A stretch of 24,000 nucleotides of DNA from Lacimicrobium sp. SS2-24 (GCF_002201535.1 NZ_NIWW01000001.1:520933-544932); one strand, 5' to 3'. Positions 1 to 9,537 are shown, numbered from the stretch's first letter. The notes: generated by a model not told the origin, from the sequence alone. A program made the numbers and translations.

Positions 1-11
1 TCTGCCCAGTC

Positions 12-42
12 AGCCCGCTTTCACGCGGGCTTTTCTTTTTTT
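12..42 (+). terminator. Rho-independent terminator of an upstream, off-window + strand gene
   Basis: Perfect GC stem GCCCGC (13-18) / GCGGGC (25-30) with a 6-nt loop, followed by the T-rich run TTTTCTTTTTTT (31-42). Confidence 0.7.
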
Positions 43-154
43 GATAAGAGGCCTTACTCAGATTATTTTCGACAATGCAGGTAATTCCTTGTATTGTAAT
101 AAAATTACATAAAGTATCGTAAGGACTCACAATCCCTGTTTACGGAGGCAAAGC

Positions 155-2770
155 ATGACAGAGGCAATTGATCATCAGTTGATGGATACCGTGCGTCAAC
201 TTGGCAGTATTCTCGGGGAGACCATCGAGAACCAGCTCGGCCCGCAATGGCTTGAGCGCATTGAACAGATTCGCAAGCAAGGTCGCAGCTGTGCTCAGGG
301 AGAAACGGCAGCGCGCAAGGAGCTACAGGCGTTATTCAGTGAAATGGATGACGAACAACTGTTAACCGTTGGCCGTGCGTTTGCGCAGTTTCTGAATCTG
401 GCAAACATTGCCGAACAGGAATTCAACAGTTCACAACATAACCACGATCCGCTGGCTGAACTTAAAGACAAACTCGGGCAACACCCCCAACAAGCTACAG
501 ATTTCTCAACCGCGCTGAAACAATTGAAAATTGATCTGGTATTAACGGCTCACCCTACAGAAGTGACCCGCCGCACATTGATCCATAAATACAGTGAACT
601 GGCGAGCTGTCTGGCGCAAATTCATGGTAAAGCGCCCACAGAGCAGGAACGTAAAGATCTGCTAAATCGTATCGCCGCACTCATTAGTCAGGCCTGGCAT
701 ACAGAAGAGATCCGCTCGGTACGCCCCACCCCGGTTGATGAGGCGCAGTGGGGCTTTTCCGTCATTGAGAACTCCCTCTGGGACGCAGTACCTGACTGCC
801 TGCGTGAAATGAACCGCAGTTTTAAAACCCATTTTTCGCAACAATTACCACTGGATGCCAGCCCCATTCGCTTCTCATCATGGATGGGTGGTGATCGTGA
901 TGGCAACCCCTTTGTTACTGCTGATGTGACGGCCAGGGTATTGTTGCTGGCCCGCAAGACGGCGGCACGTTTGTTCTATCGGGATGTGAACAAGCTCCAG
1001 GTGGAGTTGTCGATGAGCGATTGCAATGAAGAGCTGCGGGAACAGGCCGGTGATCACCGTGAGCCTTACCGGTATGTGTTGCGTCAGCTTAAAGACAAGC
1101 TACAAGCGACCCACGATGGCATTGAACAGTATCTGGCCGGAGAGCGGGTGGATCAATCTACCTGGATAAGCCGTCAGCATGAACTTATAGAACCGCTGAT
1201 GCTGTGCTATCGCTCTTTAAACGAAACCGGGCTGGAAATTGTCGCCAACAGCGAATTACTTGATACCATTCGCCGCGCCCATTGCTTTGGCATCCACTTA
1301 CTCAAACTCGATGTACGTCAGCATTCAGAGCGCCATAGTCAGGTGATCAGCGAAGTGACCCGCTATCTGGGATTGGGGGATTACCTGAGCTGGAGTGAGG
1401 ACGACAAACAGTCTTTCCTACTCAGAGAGCTGGCATCCAAAAGACCCCTGTTACCGCGAAAATGGCAACCATCAGAGGAAGCCCGGGAAGTCCTGCAGAC
1501 CTGTCGTGTACTGGCAGAGAACGATCAGCATGGCTTTGGTATTTACATCATCTCTATGGCCAGTCAGCCGTCCGATATTCTGTGTGTACAATTGTTGCTT
1601 CAGGAAGCGGGTATCGACTGGCCAATGCCGGTCGCACCGCTTTTCGAAACCCTCGAAGATCTTAATCACGCCCCTGAGGTGATTGGTAAGCTATTGGATA
1701 TTGACTGGTATCGGGGCTACATTCAGAGCCAGCAATTTGTCATGATCGGCTACTCTGACTCAGCCAAGGATGCCGGTGCCCTGGCGGCTGGTTGGGCACA
1801 ATATGAGTCTCAGGAAAAACTGGTGGCCCTGACCGATAAGATGGGCGTCAACCTGACACTCTTCCATGGTCGCGGTGGCACCATTGGTCGCGGTGGTCTG
1901 CCCGCCCATGCGGCCATCTTATCTCAGCCTCCGGGCTCCCTTAAAGGTGGCTTTCGGGTCACCGAGCAGGGTGAAACCATACGCTACAAGTTTGGCATGC
2001 CAGCGCTAGCCAAACGAAGCCTGAAACTGTATGCCAGTGCGATTCTTGAGGGCATGTTACTGCCTCCGCCAGCCCCCAAAGATGCATGGCGCGAACTGAT
2101 TACCAACATGGCGGCAAAGGGCCGGGATAATTATCGCCAGGTAGTAAGAGATGATCCTGAGTTCGTGCCCTACTTCCGCGCAGCCACACCGGAAGAGGAA
2201 TTGGGCAAGCTGCCCCTGGGCAGTCGTCCCTCCAAGCGTAAGCCTGATGGCGGCGTTGAGAGCCTTCGCGCGATTCCATGGATCTTTGCCTGGGCGCAGA
2301 ATCGCATGGTATTGCCCTCCTGGTTAGGGGTCATGAAAGCCGTTGAAACCGCGATTGAAGAAGGACAACAAGACACGCTGGAGCAAATGATTGAACACTG
2401 GCCATTCTTTAAAACTCGTCTTTCAATGCTTGATATGGTTTTTGCCAAAGCCGAGCCCCGCATTGCCGAAGAGTATGACAAAAGACTGGTACCTCAAAAG
2501 TTACAGCACTTTGGTCAGGGCTTGCGTGATGAGCTGGCTCACAGTCAGGCGCTGTTATTGCAACTGATGAAACAAAGCAGCTCCATGGAGCAGGATCCGC
2601 AGGGTAAAGAATCCATGCAAATCCGTGCAGGATATCTTGAACCGTTGCATATGCTACAAATTGAGCTACTGAGTCGTGTGCGCCAACAGAAGACGGCAAA
2701 TCCGCTACTGGAGCGGGCAATGATGGTGGCGATTGCCGGCATTGCGGTGGGCATGCGTAACACCGGTTAG
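155..2770 (+). CDS. ppc: Phosphoenolpyruvate carboxylase
   Basis: 871-aa ORF with GGAGG at 145-149 before the ATG. Carries PEPC signatures VLTAHPTE, FHGRGGTIGRGG and GYSDSAKDAG, and the family-typical C-terminus MRNTG. Confidence 0.97.
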   Translation: MTEAIDHQLMDTVRQLGSILGETIENQLGPQWLERIEQIRKQGRSCAQGETAARKELQALFSEMDDEQLLTVGRAFAQFLNLANIAEQEFNSSQHNHDPLAELKDKLGQHPQQATDFSTALKQLKIDLVLTAHPTEVTRRTLIHKYSELASCLAQIHGKAPTEQERKDLLNRIAALISQAWHTEEIRSVRPTPVDEAQWGFSVIENSLWDAVPDCLREMNRSFKTHFSQQLPLDASPIRFSSWMGGDRDGNPFVTADVTARVLLLARKTAARLFYRDVNKLQVELSMSDCNEELREQAGDHREPYRYVLRQLKDKLQATHDGIEQYLAGERVDQSTWISRQHELIEPLMLCYRSLNETGLEIVANSELLDTIRRAHCFGIHLLKLDVRQHSERHSQVISEVTRYLGLGDYLSWSEDDKQSFLLRELASKRPLLPRKWQPSEEAREVLQTCRVLAENDQHGFGIYIISMASQPSDILCVQLLLQEAGIDWPMPVAPLFETLEDLNHAPEVIGKLLDIDWYRGYIQSQQFVMIGYSDSAKDAGALAAGWAQYESQEKLVALTDKMGVNLTLFHGRGGTIGRGGLPAHAAILSQPPGSLKGGFRVTEQGETIRYKFGMPALAKRSLKLYASAILEGMLLPPPAPKDAWRELITNMAAKGRDNYRQVVRDDPEFVPYFRAATPEEELGKLPLGSRPSKRKPDGGVESLRAIPWIFAWAQNRMVLPSWLGVMKAVETAIEEGQQDTLEQMIEHWPFFKTRLSMLDMVFAKAEPRIAEEYDKRLVPQKLQHFGQGLRDELAHSQALLLQLMKQSSSMEQDPQGKESMQIRAGYLEPLHMLQIELLSRVRQQKTANPLLERAMMVAIAGIAVGMRNTG

Positions 2771-2830
2771 CCTGCCGGGAATAAACGGACGTCGGTGGAT
2801 TAATGCGATTGCAAAGCTACGTCTGGGATC

Positions 2831-2868
2831 AAAAAAGCCCCTGCAACCTTGGTTACAGGGGCTTTTTT
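2831..2868. terminator. Bidirectional rho-independent terminator between convergent ppc and the S9 peptidase gene
   Basis: A6 (2831-2836), then GCCCCTG (2837-2843) pairing with CAGGGGC (2856-2862) plus inner AACC/GGTT pairing, then T6 (2863-2868). An A-run on the left and a T-run on the right allow use on both strands. Confidence 0.8.
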
Positions 2869-2888
2869 ACTTAGTTTAATCGTCTTAG

Positions 2889-5378
2889 TCAGTTCAGGTT
2901 CTCTTCAAACAACTGATAAATTCTGCGGTATTCATCCAGCCACGAACTGGGCTGGCGAAAACCATGGGGCTCCACCGGATAAATAGCGGTTTCAAAATCG
3001 GTCTTTTCCAGCTCGATTAAGCGTTGCACCAAGCGCACCACATCAACAAAAAATACATTGTCATCAATCATGGGCGCATTAATCAGCAGCGGCTTGTCCA
3101 GCCCTTCTGCATAGTAAATGGGAGAACTGCGGGTATACGCCAGTTCATCCACCTCGGGGGTGTTAAGGATATTGCTGGTATAGGGCGTATTATAATAGGC
3201 CCAGTCTGTTACCGGACGAAGTGCCGCGCCACACTGAAACAAATCCGGCTCGGTAAACAATGCCATAAACGTCATAAACCCACCGTAGGAGCCGCCGTAG
3301 GTACAAATGTTATCGCGGCCTACATTGGCGTGTTCTGTCAGCCAGTTTACGCCATCTTTGAGATCCTGTGTCTCCGGTGTTCCCATCTGACGGTAAATGG
3401 CAGTGCGCCAGTCCCGACCATACCCCTGTGAGGCACGGTAATCCATATCCATGACCACATATCCTTGTTGTACCAGCATACTGTGGAACATGAATTCACG
3501 GAAATATACCGCCCAACCAAGGTGCGAGTTCTGTAGATAGCCTGCGCCATGGTTAAAGATAACCGCTTTTCTTGGTTCGCCATTTTGATAGTCTTCGGGC
3601 AGGTACACCTTGGCATAAATAGGTTTGTCTGTATGACTCGAGGGAACCGGTACAATTTTTGGCGCGCTCCAGGGTAGCGCTTTAAAAGCCTCACTGACGG
3701 TGTCCGTCAGTTTAACCGGTCTGGCGCCGATTTCGGCTTTTTGTACGTATAGCTCTTCAGGCATGGTAACCGTGCCATGGGTAATGAGAAACTGGCTTTC
3801 ATCGGGACTCAGCACATATTGATTGTTGCCGCCCATGTCGGTCAGTGCCTCAATATCACCGTTTTGCAGGTTGACCCGGTACACTTCATAAATGCCCGGA
3901 TGCTTGATATTAGCGCGAAAATACATGTAGCGATCATCCCGGGTCAGGGTGAGATCATCGACTTCATAGTCGCCATAGGTCATTGCCAACTCTTTGGCAC
4001 CAGGGGTTTTGGTATACAAGTGGGCATAGCCTGATTGCTCAGATATAAAGTACAGCGTTTCACTGTGATTGAGCCAGCCAAAGCTATTGAACTTGTAATT
4101 GATCCAGGCGTCGTCATGCAGACGATGCTCACTCACCAGTTGGTTATTGCGAAAATCGACCGTGGCTATCCAGCGATCTTTATTGTCCCAGGCTTTGAGC
4201 ATGACTGCGACCTGCTCACCATTGGCATGCCAGTTAATGGCACTTTGTGTCCAGTACCAGTCTGTGATCAGACCAACATCCCGTGGCAACCTGTTGACCG
4301 TGTAGGTTTCTCCCCTGGCTTCGGCGTTTTCTCGTTTGACCTCGGCCAGCACATCCTCATTGTAGCCGGGTAAGGTTTCATATCCGAGCTTCGCCTGACT
4401 ATGGTCAGATAAGTCCAGCAACCACAGCTGTTGGCTGCGGGGTTTGGCGTCCACCACCATCCGTCGCACCGACTCGGTTTTAATGCGCCCATCTTCACCT
4501 ATGTAGTTGGGCATAATGTCGCCCTCATCACGGCTGGGTATATCTTTCTGGATTGCCAGAATCATGCGCTTACCATCAGGAGAAAGGCTCGCCTGAACGG
4601 TTTCGTAGGCTTCATCAAAATAAAAGGGTTCCGGCACCATCATTGTGTTTTTGGCGTTAAGGGCCTGCTTACGATCAAATTGGGCCTGACGCGCTTCACG
4701 CTCTTTCGCCACATATTGAATCAGCTCAAGTTGTTTCTTCGCCAGATAATCTGCCGGCGGCTTTACCGCTTCTGGGGCCTCAGCAAACTTCCAGCTGACC
4801 AGCTGCTGTGTCAGCCCGGTGTTCAGATCTATTGCCTGAATACTGTTATTACTTTGGTAAGCCAGGCGTCCATCGAGGAGGAAAACAGGCTGCTGCTTTG
4901 ACTGCTCGGAGCGGGTTAGCTGTTGCACCTCACCGGAGACCAAATCCTTTAAAAACAAATTTCCTTCAAACAACCATGCGACTTTGCTGTGATCCTGGTT
5001 AAAAACCCGATTTTTATTATCGGCCAGATGATACTCCGCCAACGCAACCGGACTGCCGTTGCCGCCCTCAGCAACACTGGTTTGCCAGATATCCTTAACC
5101 GGCGAGCCCTGCTGCTTACGCAAATAGCGCACCGATACGCTGTCCAGCCCCCAATACGCTGACTCTGGCTGCCGGCCCAACCAATCCGGGTCGGCCATGA
5201 TTTGCTCTAGGGTGATGGTATCACCGGACGTTGCAACCGCCGCAGCAGCTTCGACCGATTTGACCTGGGTAACAGGTGCAGTTGACGTGTCAGTGGTGGC
5301 AGGCTGCTGGGTCGCAGCGCAGGCGCTCAGCCCGGCCGTGATCATCACCACCAAAAGTGTTCTGGAGCTTTTCAGCAT
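2889..5378 (-). CDS. Peptidase S9 (prolyl oligopeptidase / DPP-IV-like) family lipoprotein
   Basis: 829-aa ORF with a GAGGA RBS upstream. The N-terminus MLKSSRTLLVVMITAGLSAC resembles a lipoprotein signal. A long N-terminal propeller-like region precedes a C-terminal alpha/beta-hydrolase. The nucleophile motif is GGSYGG (3279-3296; Ser codon 3288-3290). Later Asp (MIDDNV) and His (EPHGF) fit an S9 catalytic triad. Confidence 0.85.
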   Translation of the reverse strand: MLKSSRTLLVVMITAGLSACAATQQPATTDTSTAPVTQVKSVEAAAAVATSGDTITLEQIMADPDWLGRQPESAYWGLDSVSVRYLRKQQGSPVKDIWQTSVAEGGNGSPVALAEYHLADNKNRVFNQDHSKVAWLFEGNLFLKDLVSGEVQQLTRSEQSKQQPVFLLDGRLAYQSNNSIQAIDLNTGLTQQLVSWKFAEAPEAVKPPADYLAKKQLELIQYVAKEREARQAQFDRKQALNAKNTMMVPEPFYFDEAYETVQASLSPDGKRMILAIQKDIPSRDEGDIMPNYIGEDGRIKTESVRRMVVDAKPRSQQLWLLDLSDHSQAKLGYETLPGYNEDVLAEVKRENAEARGETYTVNRLPRDVGLITDWYWTQSAINWHANGEQVAVMLKAWDNKDRWIATVDFRNNQLVSEHRLHDDAWINYKFNSFGWLNHSETLYFISEQSGYAHLYTKTPGAKELAMTYGDYEVDDLTLTRDDRYMYFRANIKHPGIYEVYRVNLQNGDIEALTDMGGNNQYVLSPDESQFLITHGTVTMPEELYVQKAEIGARPVKLTDTVSEAFKALPWSAPKIVPVPSSHTDKPIYAKVYLPEDYQNGEPRKAVIFNHGAGYLQNSHLGWAVYFREFMFHSMLVQQGYVVMDMDYRASQGYGRDWRTAIYRQMGTPETQDLKDGVNWLTEHANVGRDNICTYGGSYGGFMTFMALFTEPDLFQCGAALRPVTDWAYYNTPYTSNILNTPEVDELAYTRSSPIYYAEGLDKPLLINAPMIDDNVFFVDVVRLVQRLIELEKTDFETAIYPVEPHGFRQPSSWLDEYRRIYQLFEENLN

Positions 5379-5519
5379 TCTTATTATTCCTCAATTGGCA
5401 TGGTAAACCCGCACATTAAAGCGCAAACTAATTCGCTCGTGCAAATATGAACTGATCTTTGTTGCACTTCACGGCGTAAAGTCCGAACATACTTTTACCC
5501 TAAAGATTAAGGTTGTCCC

Positions 5520-6071
5520 ATGAAAAAACGTTTTATTGCCCTGTTTATCAGTTTGATGGCAGCAAGCGCCCATGCCAATCAATGTCCGGATCTGTTGAAG
5601 TTCGTCAAACGTAAACTTAACTCACAGGAAACGGTTAATTTGTGCGAAAGCTTCCAGGGCAAAACCCTGCTGTTTGTGAATACCGCCAGCTATTGTGGGT
5701 TTACCGAACAATTTGAGGGCCTGGAAAAGCTGTATTCCCAGTACAAAGATCAGGATTTTGTTGTGCTGGGCTTCCCCTCTCATGACTTTAATCAGGAAGA
5801 TGAAGACGAAGCCAAAACGGCAGAGTTGTGTGAACTCACCTATGGGGTGGAATTCCCGATGTTCGAACCCATGCCGGTAAGAGGCGATGATGCCGATCCC
5901 CTTTATCGAATGCTCTCGGAAAAATCTGGCACGACACCGAAATGGAATTTTTACAAGTATCTGGTCAATGCACAGGGCGAAGTGGTTGAGTCATATAGCT
6001 CGTTCACCAAGCCGCTGGATGAAGACTTGGTGAAAACCTTGGAAGAAACGCTCGCAGCCAATAAAAGCTGA
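5520..6071 (+). CDS. Glutathione peroxidase family protein (Cys-type) with N-terminal signal peptide
   Basis: 183-aa ORF. GPx motifs are NTASYCGFT (catalytic Cys), LGFPSHDFNQE and KWNFYKYLV. The N-terminus MKKRFIALFISLMAASAHA looks like a Sec signal peptide. Confidence 0.88.
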   Translation: MKKRFIALFISLMAASAHANQCPDLLKFVKRKLNSQETVNLCESFQGKTLLFVNTASYCGFTEQFEGLEKLYSQYKDQDFVVLGFPSHDFNQEDEDEAKTAELCELTYGVEFPMFEPMPVRGDDADPLYRMLSEKSGTTPKWNFYKYLVNAQGEVVESYSSFTKPLDEDLVKTLEETLAANKS

Positions 6072-6075
6072 AGAC

Positions 6076-6103
6076 AAAAAAAAGCCCCACCGGGCGGTGG
6101 GGC
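6076..6103 (-). terminator. Rho-independent terminator, canonical for azoR on the - strand; the hairpin may also serve gpx
   Basis: GCCCCACC (6084-6091) / GGTGGGGC (6096-6103) with a 4-nt loop. It is preceded on the + strand by A8 (6076-6083), which is T8 after the stem on the - strand. There is no T-run on the + strand side. Confidence 0.75.
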
Positions 6104-6169
6104 ATAAAGAGCACACTCAACTAGGAACACACTTTTGTAAGGGTAAAAACCCTCACTCACTGCAATAAT

Positions 6170-6781
6170 TCAGGCAACATGTTTTTCGATAAGTTCAAAA
6201 ATTTTTTCGTCGGCATTGGCAAAACTTTTTTGGGCTGATTCTTCGCCCATCGCCAATCCTTCCGCATAGACAAACTCCACCTCTGTCATGCCCAGAAAGG
6301 CCAGTACATTTTTAAGATAATGGGTCTGAGTGTCTCGTTCGGTGCCCTGATAAATACCGCCGCGCGCCGCCAACACATAAACCTTTTTGCCTTCAATCAG
6401 TCCTTGTGGCCCCTGTTCGGTATAACGAAAGGTAATGCCAGCCCGAGCAATACGGTCTATCCAGGCTTTAAACACCGAGGGAACACCAAAGTTATACATC
6501 GGCATGCCAATCACCAGAATATCGCTTTGCTTGAGCTCATCAATTAATTGCTGTGACCTTTGCGCCAACTCCTTTTGCTCCGGCGTGCGCTGCTGCGCAT
6601 CTGTCATCCACGCCTGCATTTCTGCACCATCTAAATGGGGCAATGCATCTTCGCTTAAGTCCCGTTGCACAAGTTGGATAGGTTTTTTTTGCTGCAGTTG
6701 CTGAACAAACTTATCCGTCAGCTGATGAGATTTGCCGTCAGCACCATTGAGGCTACTGTTGATGACCAGAACATTTTTCAT
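6170..6781 (-). CDS. azoR: FMN-dependent NADH-azoreductase
   Basis: 203-aa ORF with a GGAG RBS. It is collinear with E. coli AzoR from memory: MKNVLVINSS..., PMYNFGVPS, RAGITFRYTEQGPQGL and GKKVYVLAARGG. Confidence 0.9.
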   Translation of the reverse strand: MKNVLVINSSLNGADGKSHQLTDKFVQQLQQKKPIQLVQRDLSEDALPHLDGAEMQAWMTDAQQRTPEQKELAQRSQQLIDELKQSDILVIGMPMYNFGVPSVFKAWIDRIARAGITFRYTEQGPQGLIEGKKVYVLAARGGIYQGTERDTQTHYLKNVLAFLGMTEVEFVYAEGLAMGEESAQKSFANADEKIFELIEKHVA

Positions 6782-6977
6782 GTTATCGACTCCGTTATTC
6801 TCAGAAATTTGATAACTGAGATTTTAATACGGATATATAGAAATAAAATCGCAATAATTAGGCTTAAATGTTCGAATTTTTGCAGGAATGTAGATCCCGT
6901 GGGTGTTAAATAAATGTGATCCCCCCCATGGCCCTCCCCGTAATCGAAATTGCACTAACAACAACGAGGAAATAACC

Positions 6978-9473
6978 ATGAAAGGGATCACGCAACTCTT
7001 TGCGATCTCAAGCCTATCGCTTGTACTGTCCGGCTGCTGGCTGGACAGTGACAATGATACCATAGAAACGCCCGAGCCAGCACCTGCACCACCGCCTGCA
7101 GCCGCTGACACCTTTGTACGGGTAACACATGCGGTATCTGACGCCCCCGGTGTCAATGTGCTCGCCGGTGGCGACATCCTGGCCGGGCTGGAAAACGTCG
7201 ATTATCAGGTTTCTTCTCCCTGGATAACCCTGGAAGAAGGCAGTTACTCGGTTCAGGTCGATGCCATTTTGCCCGATCAGAGCACGACTGCCGTCATCGG
7301 CCCGGTTGATCTGGATCTTGTTGGCGACACCACCTACGACGTTCTGGCCATTGGTACGGTGGAAACCATCGAACCCTTGATCATTGAAAACACTTTTACC
7401 GAAGTCACTTCAGGCAGCGCCAGAGTGCAGGTGGTGCATGCCGCACCCAATGCGCCCATGGTCGACATTTATGTCACCGCTCCCGGCGATGACCTCAGCA
7501 GTGCGCAGGCACTGGCAACACTGTCCTATCGCGAGTTCACCGGTCAGGCAGAAGTGGCAGAGGGAGACTACCAGATTCGTATCACGCCAGCAGGCAGTGA
7601 AGATGTGGTGTACGACTCAGGCACGGTTAATCTGCCCGATGGCGCTGATCTGATGATTGCTGCGACCACCAATGTGGGCTCAGGTTCATCACCTGTCACC
7701 TTGTTAGCCGCAGACGGTGAAGGGTCGATGAAAATCTGGGACGCGCAAAGCGGGGCCAACTTACGTGTGGTTCACGGCAGTCCGGACGCCCCCGACGTGG
7801 ATGTGCTGGTCAATAATGCCGATGCGCCCATTCATTATCAGTTAGATGGCCTGAGCTATCCCAACGCCACAGATTACCTGCCCGTAACCGCGGCAGACCT
7901 GCTCGTGGATGTGGTTGCGGATGCGGATAACAGCATCGTCGCGCTGGATGACATTCCGGTAAGCCCGGCTACCGGCATGAGCTATACCGCCATCGCCACC
8001 AACACCCTTGCCAATATTAATCTGGCATTGTTAGCCGATGACAACCGCGCACTGGCCACAGCGGCAAAGGTGCGTCTGATTCACAACTCACCCACGGCCG
8101 CTGATGTGGATATCTATGTGACGGCCACCGATGACATCAGCGCATCTGATCCCGCCTTTGCTGCGGTGCCCTATAATCCTGACGATCTGGCCACAACAGG
8201 CTACGTGCAACTGGATGCAGGGGTTTATTATGTCACCATAACCCCGGCTGGCAGTAAAGATGCCGCCATCGGCCCGCTGATGGTTGAGGTATCTGCAGGT
8301 GATGTGCTCAGTGCCATCGCCATGGACGCCAGTGGCGGCGGTGCTCCCCTGCAGGCGGTTATCGTCAATGATAAGGTGCCTGAACCGGTTATGCTGGAGG
8401 CAACAGAGACATTCAGTGTCAACTTAAGTGGCGCTCAGGAAGTGCCCGCTGTCATGACCGACGCCAGCGCTAGCGCAACCGTAGCGCTGGATGAAGACAA
8501 CCGTCTGTTCAGTGTTTCTGTCGATACCAGTAACGTTGAAAATGTCACCGGTGTGCACGTGCATGATGGCGATATCGGCATGAACGGGCCGGTCGCCTTT
8601 GCCCTGTCCGAAAGCGCAGAAAACACTTACACCCTAGATGCCACGAACCTGCTGGATGACCAGGTTTCGGCCCTCAAAGGCGGTGAGTGGTATATTAATG
8701 TTCACACCGACGCCAACCCTGATGGTGAAGTGAGAGGTCAGATCCTACCCGATGGCGTAGCCATCGTGACCTTTCCACTGAGCGGCGATCAGGAAATTCC
8801 CCGGGTTGATACTGCGGCCACAGGCAGTGGTTATGCAACGCTGGATGTGAATACGCTTGCCGTTAAGTTGGTGGCGGTTACCTCAGGCGTTGAGGATGCC
8901 ACAATGGCCCACATTCATGCTGGCTATGCTGGTGAAAATGGCGGAGTGTATGTGGCGCTGGAACAACATCCGGATAATTTCAATGTGTGGATGACACCAG
9001 ATGGTGCCATGCTCGATGAGGCCAATGCAGCACAGTTACTGGAGGGCGGTCACTATGTCAACGTGCACACCCCGGCCAATCCCAGTGGCGAGTTACGTGG
9101 TCAAATCACGCCCGCCAACATTGAAGTCTATGGTGTGGTAGCCAGTGGCGATCAGGAGGTCCCCGCCGTTGAAACCGATGCCAGCGGCGTAGGCGCGATT
9201 ACTCTCAATACCAGTACCATGACCATCAAGGCGATTCTGAATCTGTCAGACATCAGTCCCAACGCTGGACACATTCACGCTGGCAATGCGGGTGAAAATG
9301 GTCCCGTTGTGGTGGCGCTGGAGAATCCTGAAGCGGGTTTATGGACCCTGGATGCCACGCTGACCAGCGAGCAGATGGCAGTCATGCAAGCCGATGGCTT
9401 GTATACTAACTTCCATACTGACGCCTTTCCTGATGGCGAAATTCGCGGCCAGATTACCTTGGGCTTCGAATAA
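6978..9473 (+). CDS. Modular lipoprotein with four DUF4397-type repeats followed by three CHRD domains
   Basis: I start at ATG 6978 (GAGGA at 6966-6970) rather than the track's 6903. From there the protein begins MKGITQLFAISSLSLVLSGCW, which has a lipobox (LSGC), followed by a Pro/Ala linker. See the two repeat features for the domain evidence. Confidence 0.85.
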   Translation: MKGITQLFAISSLSLVLSGCWLDSDNDTIETPEPAPAPPPAAADTFVRVTHAVSDAPGVNVLAGGDILAGLENVDYQVSSPWITLEEGSYSVQVDAILPDQSTTAVIGPVDLDLVGDTTYDVLAIGTVETIEPLIIENTFTEVTSGSARVQVVHAAPNAPMVDIYVTAPGDDLSSAQALATLSYREFTGQAEVAEGDYQIRITPAGSEDVVYDSGTVNLPDGADLMIAATTNVGSGSSPVTLLAADGEGSMKIWDAQSGANLRVVHGSPDAPDVDVLVNNADAPIHYQLDGLSYPNATDYLPVTAADLLVDVVADADNSIVALDDIPVSPATGMSYTAIATNTLANINLALLADDNRALATAAKVRLIHNSPTAADVDIYVTATDDISASDPAFAAVPYNPDDLATTGYVQLDAGVYYVTITPAGSKDAAIGPLMVEVSAGDVLSAIAMDASGGGAPLQAVIVNDKVPEPVMLEATETFSVNLSGAQEVPAVMTDASASATVALDEDNRLFSVSVDTSNVENVTGVHVHDGDIGMNGPVAFALSESAENTYTLDATNLLDDQVSALKGGEWYINVHTDANPDGEVRGQILPDGVAIVTFPLSGDQEIPRVDTAATGSGYATLDVNTLAVKLVAVTSGVEDATMAHIHAGYAGENGGVYVALEQHPDNFNVWMTPDGAMLDEANAAQLLEGGHYVNVHTPANPSGELRGQITPANIEVYGVVASGDQEVPAVETDASGVGAITLNTSTMTIKAILNLSDISPNAGHIHAGNAGENGPVVVALENPEAGLWTLDATLTSEQMAVMQADGLYTNFHTDAFPDGEIRGQITLGFE
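7113..8372 (+). repeat. Four tandem DUF4397-like repeats of about 102-112 aa within the lipoprotein CDS
   Basis: Repeat heads are FVRVTHAVSDAPGVNV (7113), ARVQVVHAAPNAPMVDIYV (7419), ANLRVVHGSPDAPDVDVLV (7755) and AKVRLIHNSPTAADVDIYV (8064). The motif h-R-h-h-H-x-(S/A)-P-x-A-P-x-V-D-h is the DUF4397 signature as I recall it. Confidence 0.75.
8412..9455 (+). repeat. Three tandem CHRD domains of about 110 aa within the lipoprotein CDS
   Basis: Units are 8412-8744, 8769-9107 and 9126-9455. Each has the pattern SG(A/D)QE(V/I)P ... H(V/I)H.G..G.NG.V ... Y(I/V/T)N(V/F)HT...P.GE(V/L/I)RGQI, which is the CHRD (chordin-like) pattern. Confidence 0.8.
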
Positions 9474-9485
9474 CACCATCCTGAT

Positions 9486-9517
9486 AAAAAAACCGGTCAT
9501 CAATGACCGGTTTTTTT
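9486..9517. terminator. Bidirectional rho-independent terminator between the convergent lipoprotein gene and nhaP2
   Basis: A7 (9486-9492), then CCGGTC (9493-9498) pairing with GACCGG (9505-9510), then T7 (9511-9517). Confidence 0.8.
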
Positions 9518-9537
9518 ATGCATTAATACTGCGCTGC

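Noticed and set aside
6921-6927. C7 homopolymer in the 5' region of the lipoprotein gene as a possible phase-variation tract
   Set aside because: Seven residues is short compared with tracts known to be phase-variable. It lies 51 nt upstream of the preferred start, with no defined promoter spacing dependence. There is no evidence of length polymorphism from a single sequence.
6903-6977. 25-codon N-terminal extension of the lipoprotein ORF as given in the track (MLNKCDPPHGPPRNRNCTNNNEEIT)
   Set aside because: The extension is not signal-like. ATG 6978 has a good GAGGA RBS and immediately yields a canonical lipoprotein signal, so the internal start is preferred.
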